Assembly: GCA_963740315.1 (NCBI GenBank)
Contig: CAVUDP010000001.1
Coordinates: 800,001 to 864,000, forward strand
Direction: 5' to 3'
From: an uncultured cyanobacterium
Lineage (GTDB): Bacteria > Cyanobacteriota > Cyanobacteriia > Cyanobacteriales > Nostocaceae
DNA: 64,000 bases
How positions within the stretch are numbered: position 1 is the stretch's first letter; each line of letters opens with the position of its first letter. The notes beneath the pieces are model-generated. The model was given only the letters and a program-made list of their open reading frames with translations. It did not search any database and was not told the origin of the DNA. Of this stretch, positions 57,208 through 64,000 are shown piece after piece. Position numbers and translations under genes: made by a program.

Positions 57208-57612
57208 ATGAGACAGAAATTAAATATAGTGACTTTGGGAGTCAAAGATTTAAAGCGCTCTTTGAAGTTCTATATAGATGGGCTGGGATGGAAGCCATCG
57301 ATCGCAAGTACGGAAAATATTGCTTTCTTCCAGATGGGTGGTGTTGTGCTTTCTCTTTATCCACGAGAGAAGTTGGCTGAAGATGTAAAAACTAACTCTG
57401 GTGGTAACGGCTTTTCTGGAATTACGCTTGCTTACAACGCGAAAGAGGAAGCGGAAGTAGATGAAGTACTTAAAAAAGTAGAAAATTTGGGAGCAACTAT
57501 CGTCAAAAAAGCTGAAAAAGTTTTTTGGGGCGGTTACAGCGGATATTTCGCGGATTTTGACGGACATTTATGGGAAGTTGCCTGGAACCCGTTTTTTGAG
57601 TTTGATGAGTAG
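57208..57612 (+). CDS. VOC/glyoxalase family protein
   Basis: VTLGVKDL..FY..LGW, FWGGYSGYFADFDGHLWEVAWNP. Confidence 0.92.
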   Translation: MRQKLNIVTLGVKDLKRSLKFYIDGLGWKPSIASTENIAFFQMGGVVLSLYPREKLAEDVKTNSGGNGFSGITLAYNAKEEAEVDEVLKKVENLGATIVKKAEKVFWGGYSGYFADFDGHLWEVAWNPFFEFDE

Positions 57613-57669
57613 GACAATCTCGTACTACCTTAAAAATAGTAAACGCAAAATTTAGCAAAACAATTTTTC

Positions 57670-58536
57670 ATGGAAACCACATCGGCTGTATTGCCTCCAT
57701 TTATTATTTTGGATAATCATCTCAAAGAGTGGTTGCGAGAAGATATCGGTAGAGGCGATCGCACTACGCAATGTCTTTTAACTCAAGATGAAGCGGAAGG
57801 TACGGCACGGTGGGTAGCCAAAGCTAATGGTGTGGTGGCTGGATTACCTATTGCTGGTAGAGTATTTCAACTTTTAAACGAAAAGGTTGATTTTAATGCC
57901 TTGGTGAAAGAAGGAGAATTTTGCGAGCAGGGGAAAGTTATAGCTCAGATAAAAGGCTCCCTTGATGCTTTGTTGACGGGGGAAAGAGTAGCTTTGAATT
58001 TGGCGATGCGTTTGAGTGGTATTGCAACGCTGACTCGGAAGTATGTTGAAAAAATTGATAATTTACCTACTTTATTTGTAGATACTCGCAAGACTACACC
58101 AGGTTTGAGGATTTTAGAAAAATACGCTACTCAAGTTGGCGGTGCTATTAATCATCGGATGGGTTTGGATGATGCGGTGATGATCAAAGATAACCATATT
58201 GCTGCTGCGGGTGGAATTGGGAAAGCGATAACTTGTATTCGTGCGCGGATTCCTTATCCTTTAACTATAGAAGTAGAGACAGAAAATTTAGAGCAGGTTA
58301 AAGAAGCTTTGGAATATCAAGCTGACATTATTATGTTGGATAACATGAAGCTTGATATGATGCGCGAAGCTGTAAAAGCGATTCGTCAGCATGATATAAA
58401 AGTGAAAATTGAAGCTTCTGGTAACGTAAATTTGGAAACTATCCGCGCTATAGCTGAAACTGGGGTTGATTATATTTCGAGTAGTGCGCCGATTACTCAG
58501 TCAAAATGGTTGGATTTGAGTATGAAAATTTATTGA
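57670..58536 (+). CDS. nadC: Nicotinate-nucleotide pyrophosphorylase (carboxylating)
   Basis: EDIGRGD, DTRKTTPG, NHRMGL, KDNH, MLDNM, EASG. Confidence 0.97.
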   Translation: METTSAVLPPFIILDNHLKEWLREDIGRGDRTTQCLLTQDEAEGTARWVAKANGVVAGLPIAGRVFQLLNEKVDFNALVKEGEFCEQGKVIAQIKGSLDALLTGERVALNLAMRLSGIATLTRKYVEKIDNLPTLFVDTRKTTPGLRILEKYATQVGGAINHRMGLDDAVMIKDNHIAAAGGIGKAITCIRARIPYPLTIEVETENLEQVKEALEYQADIIMLDNMKLDMMREAVKAIRQHDIKVKIEASGNVNLETIRAIAETGVDYISSSAPITQSKWLDLSMKIY

Positions 58537-58564
58537 GACGAATACATCATATATAGAAGTGAAA

Positions 58565-59319
58565 ATGAAAGCTTTTTTTACACTAATTTCTACCGAACCC
58601 GCGCACAGTGCCCCTAATTTATAATTATGGGGGTGTGGTGCGCTCGCGACTAAAGGTCGCCAGTTTCATCGCTTTTCGTGATATTATTTATCTAGCGGTA
58701 AAGCGCACATTTAAAAAGCCTAGCAGGTCTAGCGGACAGACCCCGATCCGGAACCCTGGGGGCAATAAGCCCAAAATCTTGTATAAATATGGGAGTCAAA
58801 GCAAGAAATTGAATAAATAATTTCAAACGCGGTCGGGCAGTCCGTGTGAGCTTGTGGACGTATCTAAACGGGGAGATTTGAATAATCGTATTTAGATTTC
58901 TAGAGCGGACGGATGAAGCAAGAATCCCCATCAATAAATTGAAGGGGAGTGTCAAAATACCAATTGCGATCGCATTAACGCTGCTTCCATCTACTCAAGC
59001 AAATGCTCAATACAATATTCAATGGAAAGCCGTACCGGGAACTGCTATTTTAAGAGAAGGGAATCCAAAACCTCAACCGGATTATATTGGTACAAATACA
59101 ACAATACGCCGAGGTGAAAACGTTGTATTTGATGCCTATGTTGATGGACAATATGTTTTATATGCTGGCAACTGCCGCAGGCAAATGCTTTATCGTTTAA
59201 GTATTGGAAGCTTTGATAACAAACGTCAGCCTCAAAATGTCAAACCATATCCCAATGAAAAATGGTTTCGAGCAAATAATTTTCAAAAACCCATACTTAC
59301 AGCAGCCTGCTCGCAATAA
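58565..59319 (+). pseudogene. Secreted hypothetical protein interrupted by the IS605 derivative (possibly rescued by TTG 58939)
   Basis: Rejoined sequence reads MKAFFTLISTIPIAIALTLLPSTQANAQYNIQWK... Confidence 0.75.
58594..58955 (+). mobile_element. Non-autonomous IS200/IS605-family element (no tnpA/tnpB)
   Basis: Target CTAC at 58590-93; left guide AGTG and hairpin; right end GAAGCAAGAATCCCC..GGGGAGTGTCAA; removing it restores an ORF. Confidence 0.85.
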
Positions 59320-59871
59320 TCAATTACTCACAATCATTTCTACAGATACAGCTATATCTGGAAACGCCAACGGGTAAATCTTCCCTTCGGTTATTGTAGA
59401 TTTTGAAGCGTATTCCCCATCTGATGGTTGCCTAAATATAATTAAATGTCTTTTTTTCAGATTTACCACCCAATATTCAATAATTCCAACTTCAGCATAA
59501 ATCTTAGTTTTCGTTTCCAAGTCTTTCTCTAAACTGGAATTGGAATATTCAATTAACCAGAAAATATTTTCGGGATAAGGATGATGTTCTAAATATTCGC
59601 GTCCTAATGGTTTAACTATAGCAATATCGGGTTCGGGTTCGGAATTATTTGGAAGCGTAATCGGTTTTGCTTGACGAATTTTTGCAAGATTATCCAATAG
59701 CTTAGTTAAGTATTCCCCAGCTTCAGTACTAAAATAAGCGTGTGGTTTCCCTTCAGGTGACATCTCTACAATTTCTCCCCTTAATAATTCCACGCGACGA
59801 TTATCAAATATTCCCGCTTCAATCATCTGGTGATATTCTTCGATCGCCCATTTGGCTAGAGTTACTGTCAT
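59320..59871 (-). CDS. Uma2 (DUF820) endonuclease
   Basis: RVELLRGEIVEMSP, EPEPDIAIV, LIEYSNSS, EYWVVNL. Confidence 0.92.
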   Translation of the reverse strand: MTVTLAKWAIEEYHQMIEAGIFDNRRVELLRGEIVEMSPEGKPHAYFSTEAGEYLTKLLDNLAKIRQAKPITLPNNSEPEPDIAIVKPLGREYLEHHPYPENIFWLIEYSNSSLEKDLETKTKIYAEVGIIEYWVVNLKKRHLIIFRQPSDGEYASKSTITEGKIYPLAFPDIAVSVEMIVSN

Positions 59872-59932
59872 AATTAGTCTCCCATAATATGTAATTTAAT
59901 TTTATCTAAAATATATTATTGAAAGCTTTGTC

Positions 59933-60907
59933 TTAATTTACAAGTTGCAACTTCGCGATCGCACTAAGATGATCTGAACCTCCTCCTTTACCAACATAAG
60001 CATCAACGGTTTGAAGTTGTTTTGTATGCCAAATATAATCAATTCTGCCAACAGGAAAAAATCTACTTGGGTATGTATGTCCGAAACCCCATCCTGCTTC
60101 ATGAAAACTATCCTTCAAGGCATTTTGCATTTGAGAATAAGTTTCTGATGTATCGGTAAAGTTACAGTCGCACATAACTATCATCGGTTGATCGTATTGT
60201 TTTACAATGTTGCTTAAATAAGACACTTCCGCAGCCCGACTTTTGTACCAATACTCAGCTAATTGCATAAATTTATTCAGAGGGTAATTTGGAGTCAGAT
60301 GTGCAACTATTGCCTCTATTGGTTCCCCATTATTTAAACGAAGCGTTACTTGAATTCCTCGCTGTATCGGTGGTGCGGGCAAAGCAATCAATTTATCAAT
60401 CGGAAAGCGACTTAAAATACCTACATTATGAGAAAGTTCAACGGGATGAAAAGCGCTGTAAGGATAATATGCAGCAAAGCGTTTCTTTAAGATAGGTGCA
60501 GTTTGCGATCGCACTTCTTGTAAACCAATAATATCAGGTTTATTTTCAGCAACCATTTTAGCGATTGAATCATAATCATCATTATTAAAAAGCATATTGA
60601 ATGTCATTGCTTTTATAATTGGCTGATTTTGAGTAATGGGAGCAGATAAAGACGGTAGAAAAAAAGAACCGTACAAACCAATAAATAAACCCAAAGGAAA
60701 ACAAAGCGCAAAAAATAACCGCCAGTAACGACATAAGAGGGCAAATGGTAAGAATATAATTAATGGAACGAAAATATATAGAGCTACAGTGTTAATTAAC
60801 GCCAACCACCAAAAACTATCGAAGAAAAGGAATCGTAATAAAATCCACAGACAAAATAAAACGACGTAAAGCCATCCAAGATTAGAGATAAATTTAGAAA
60901 TACGCAT
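59933..60907 (-). CDS. Endonuclease/exonuclease/phosphatase family membrane protein
   Basis: TFNM, PDIIGLQE, CDCN, RIDYI, SDH. Confidence 0.9.
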   Translation of the reverse strand: MRISKFISNLGWLYVVLFCLWILLRFLFFDSFWWLALINTVALYIFVPLIIFLPFALLCRYWRLFFALCFPLGLFIGLYGSFFLPSLSAPITQNQPIIKAMTFNMLFNNDDYDSIAKMVAENKPDIIGLQEVRSQTAPILKKRFAAYYPYSAFHPVELSHNVGILSRFPIDKLIALPAPPIQRGIQVTLRLNNGEPIEAIVAHLTPNYPLNKFMQLAEYWYKSRAAEVSYLSNIVKQYDQPMIVMCDCNFTDTSETYSQMQNALKDSFHEAGWGFGHTYPSRFFPVGRIDYIWHTKQLQTVDAYVGKGGGSDHLSAIAKLQLVN

Positions 60908-60937
60908 GAGAAATTTAATATAAGGTTTATTGGTTTT

Positions 60938-61918
60938 CTATTGATTGTTATAATCTACTTTATTTAAAATAATTTGAATAGCATTTAAAATCACTTCTGG
61001 ACTATCAACCCAAACAAAGTGGTCACTTTTGGGTGCTTGTAATTGAATGCAATCGCTAGATAATTTGAGTAATTCGGCGTGCATCTTTTCTCGTAGTTGA
61101 TTAGCAGCTTTTAACGGTAAAGCAAAAGTCCATATAGAAGGCTTGAAGAAAGAATCGGCTTTAATACTAACTATAGGTAATGCACCAAATTGATTTGCTT
61201 TACTCACATGACGGGCACTAATATCAAGAGTTAATATTTCTTGAGTCATGGTAATCCAATGTTTCACTCTACAAAAAGAATGCTTAATTGGATTGAGGGA
61301 ATGTTGAGAAAATTGGCGTAATTCTGGCTTGATAAATTCAAATGCTCCAATTGTTTTCAGCAAACGGATAATACCAAAGATCGAACCCAAAATTGACATC
61401 ATAAATCCTGAAGCAAAGAAAAGCTGCAAAATTTTTAAACTCAAAGGCATATTGAGCATTCCAGCTTCGTGGAGTCCATCTGTCAACACCATTCCGACAA
61501 CCTTTCCAGGATATTTATGTGCATACAGCCGCACGTTGTAACTTCCAAAAGAATCTCCCACTAAAATATATGGTGGTTCGATTCCAGCCCTATTTAAAAG
61601 GGTATCTAGTTCCTTAACAATATTTTCGCTGCTTCTTTGGAAAGGGCTACGCTGGCTCCAACCATATCCAGCGCGATCGTAGATGCATACTCGTGCAATT
61701 TTAGCAATATCTTCGATGAGTAAATAACCTTCAATTCCACCCAAACTATGGTCTAATACAACTGTTGGAAGGGATTCACCCATCGTATATAAATGTAAGT
61801 TATAGCCTCCAATATCAATAAGTTGCCCTGGAGGAGATTTTTTATCTTCAATCCAGGTTGCTATAGTTTGATAGATAGTAGTTGCGATTAGGATAAGATA
61901 ATTTATTGGAATATCCAT
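60938..61918 (-). CDS. Alpha/beta hydrolase
   Basis: YDRAGYGWS, LVGDSFG, SDHFV. Confidence 0.88.
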   Translation of the reverse strand: MDIPINYLILIATTIYQTIATWIEDKKSPPGQLIDIGGYNLHLYTMGESLPTVVLDHSLGGIEGYLLIEDIAKIARVCIYDRAGYGWSQRSPFQRSSENIVKELDTLLNRAGIEPPYILVGDSFGSYNVRLYAHKYPGKVVGMVLTDGLHEAGMLNMPLSLKILQLFFASGFMMSILGSIFGIIRLLKTIGAFEFIKPELRQFSQHSLNPIKHSFCRVKHWITMTQEILTLDISARHVSKANQFGALPIVSIKADSFFKPSIWTFALPLKAANQLREKMHAELLKLSSDCIQLQAPKSDHFVWVDSPEVILNAIQIILNKVDYNNQ

Positions 61919-61993
61919 TTATGTGACAATTTTTGTTTTCTCATGCAATATAACTTAGAGTTACTGCGTTTGTTTTATCAAGCTTAAATTAAT

Positions 61994-62680
61994 ATGGAAT
62001 CTCACATCGAAGTTATCGGAGAATCTAAATATTTAGAAACAGTACAAAAATACGTTGCCGATATCAATATAATTGTATGGACAAATCGCACGAAAATTCC
62101 TTTAAATGAAGTTACTGTTCTACGGAATCTTTGTATTGAAGCTTTATTATCAAATGGTTTAAAAGAATTTGAATTAAAAGAAGGGGGTATGGATATACGG
62201 GAACGCTCTTTAAATCGTCGAAGAATTAGACAAGAAGCACGTCAGAAAATGATTATCTCTTGTTCCGATCTATCTCGTTTAATTATGGCTGTATCTACAT
62301 TAGAGAGATTATTCAAAAAACCTCGCTATTCATTTACTTTAGATATGCGTCAGACTGTATTTAGCGCAAGTTTAGAAGTTAAGGAACAAGCAAAAAAAGA
62401 AGCGATTAAAAATGCTTACCGTCATGCCAAACTTTTAGCAGAATCAGCAAATATTGAAATTAAAAATATTACTCAAATAGAAGAAATGACTCCAATTATA
62501 GGAGAATCCGAATCTAATCATGAGTTAGAAGATATAGTTGTTACGACATCAAAAAGTGATGCAAATTATCGAAATCTTGAAAATGCTGTTCGCGAAATAA
62601 CGATTCGATATCGAGTAAGTTTTGCAATTAAATCGTTGTCTGAAACCACAGTGCGATTAAATACCGCCGATTTCAGCTAA
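61994..62680 (+). CDS. SIMPL (DUF541)-like protein
   Basis: IEVIGE N-terminus, KEAIKNAYRHAKLLAESANIEI, terminal beta strand YRVSFAI. Confidence 0.65.
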   Translation: MESHIEVIGESKYLETVQKYVADINIIVWTNRTKIPLNEVTVLRNLCIEALLSNGLKEFELKEGGMDIRERSLNRRRIRQEARQKMIISCSDLSRLIMAVSTLERLFKKPRYSFTLDMRQTVFSASLEVKEQAKKEAIKNAYRHAKLLAESANIEIKNITQIEEMTPIIGESESNHELEDIVVTTSKSDANYRNLENAVREITIRYRVSFAIKSLSETTVRLNTADFS

Positions 62681-62903
62681 AAACCCCGTGTTAAATCGCT
62701 TTTTTATATCAAGCTGGATAAGTAAATATTTTCACCAGCAACTATATATATAGATGTACCAAACCGCCAGCAAAGAATACTAAGCGGTAGAATACATCTG
62801 TCAGATTGTAGAATTTTAAGTCAGCTACAAAGTCCTAAAATCAATTAATATGCTTTTTTGTATTCCTAAAGAGTAAGCAGTAAGATTAAGAGAAAATTTA
62901 CAT

Positions 62904-64000
62904 ATGAACGCTACACAAGAACATCTAAAAGAAAAGTTAAAACAGGCTTTAGGTAAGGCTTTCGGTGATGAATATGCCGATACCGATCCAATTTTAGTTC
63001 CTGCGTCAAATCCCAAGTTTGGCGATTTTCAAGCAAATATGGCTTTGTCTTTGGCGAAGAAGTTGGGAAAAAAGCCGAGAGATATTGCACAAGAGGTAGT
63101 AGATAATCTTGATGTCTCCGATATTTGCGAGAAACCAGAAATTGCTGGCCCCGGTTTTATCAATTTACGGTTACAAACATCTTATCTCGAAGCCGAGTTA
63201 AATTCGATTCAAACCGATGCACGTTTGGGAGTACCCACCGCAAAACATCCCAAGCGCGAGGTTGTAGATTTTTCCAGCCCGAATATTGCCAAGGAAATGC
63301 ACGTCGGACATTTGCGCTCTACTATTATCGGTGATGCGATCGCACGAATTTTGGAATTCTGGGGACATAATGTAATCCGGTTAAATCACGTTGGTGACTG
63401 GGGTACGCAGTTTGGAATGTTGATTACTTATCTCCGGGAAGTTTCACCCTCAGCGTTGACTACTGCGAATGCTTTGGAAATCGGAGATTTAGTTAATTTT
63501 TACAAGCAAGCCAAAAAACGGTTTGATGAAGATGATGAGTTTCAAGAAAAATCTCGGCAAGAAGTTGTCAAATTGCAAGCAGGAGCAGAAGATACAGTTC
63601 ATGCTTGGAAGTTACTTTGCGAACAATCGCGACAAGAGTTTCAGATAATTTACGATTTACTGGATATTAACGTAGAAGAAAGAGGTGAATCTTTCTACAA
63701 TCCTCTGTTACCGGAAGTCGTGGAAGATTTAAATAAAACTGGATTATTAGAAGAAAGCGATGGTGCAAAAGTTGTATTTTTAGAAGGATTTAAAAATAGA
63801 GAAGGAGAACCTTTACCGTTAATTGTACAAAAATCCGATGGCGGTTATAACTACGCAACAACAGATTTAGCAGCATTACGTTACCGGATACAAAAAGACG
63901 AAGCCAAAAGATTAATTTATGTCACCGACGCTGGACAAGCAAACCATTTTGCAGGAGTTTTTCAAGTAGCAAACCGCGCTAATTGGATTCCCGAAGATGT
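62904..64000 (+). CDS. argS: Arginine--tRNA ligase, runs off the window end
   Basis: [64 protein letters not shown]. Confidence 0.97.
   Translation, partial: MNATQEHLKEKLKQALGKAFGDEYADTDPILVPASNPKFGDFQANMALSLAKKLGKKPRDIAQEVVDNLDVSDICEKPEIAGPGFINLRLQTSYLEAELNSIQTDARLGVPTAKHPKREVVDFSSPNIAKEMHVGHLRSTIIGDAIARILEFWGHNVIRLNHVGDWGTQFGMLITYLREVSPSALTTANALEIGDLVNFYKQAKKRFDEDDEFQEKSRQEVVKLQAGAEDTVHAWKLLCEQSRQEFQIIYDLLDINVEERGESFYNPLLPEVVEDLNKTGLLEESDGAKVVFLEGFKNREGEPLPLIVQKSDGGYNYATTDLAALRYRIQKDEAKRLIYVTDAGQANHFAGVFQVANRANWIPED

Noticed and set aside
57670..58536. nadC (and NUDIX at 24648) as parts of the TIR/NAD system
   Set aside because: Distant, ordinary housekeeping contexts.
58594..58955. IStron/self-splicing intron
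   Set aside because: The element ends in TCAA rather than a terminal G, and I could not recognise group I or II core motifs. An IS605 derivative explains both ends.
58608..58955. 70-aa and 87-aa ORFs in the IS derivative as transposase
   Set aside because: No HUH/Y1 or RuvC/zinc-finger motifs.

Overview
This window looks like chromosomal DNA of a filamentous, probably heterocystous cyanobacterium. Evidence: frequent HIP1 GCGATCGC, 7-nt STRR repeats, petG/cytM/ycf54/crtE, and a 16S-tRNA-Ile-tRNA-Ala-23S-5S operon on the minus strand. A Rivularia/Calothrix-like origin is only an inference. Housekeeping genes (pdxJ, ycf54, crtE, folD, mutS, perR/prx, petG, cytM, rsmD, hisH, nadC, argS) alternate with accessory hot-spots containing Uma2 nucleases, small pentapeptide-repeat genes, DUF6745-like paralogues, TA modules, pseudogenes and REP/MITE elements. 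Three loci stand out. (1) 39.7-42.8 kb: one N/Q/G-rich, RHIM/amyloid-like motif occurs at the C-terminus of a hypervariable NLR-type HEAT-repeat protein, at the N-terminus of a CHAT (caspase-like) protease with intact catalytic residues, and at the N-terminus of a small helical ORF. This suggests an amyloid-coupled immune/cell-death module, apparently disabled here by loss of the NACHT domain. (2) 4.4-9.9 kb: a TRPM-type SLOG gene lies upstream of a triple-TIR/TM/WD40 receptor-like gene. (3) 58.6-59.0 kb: a 362-bp gene-less IS200/IS605 derivative with a TnpB omega-RNA-like right end is inserted precisely in a signal-peptide coding sequence. All family assignments come from motif recognition by eye; no database searches were run.
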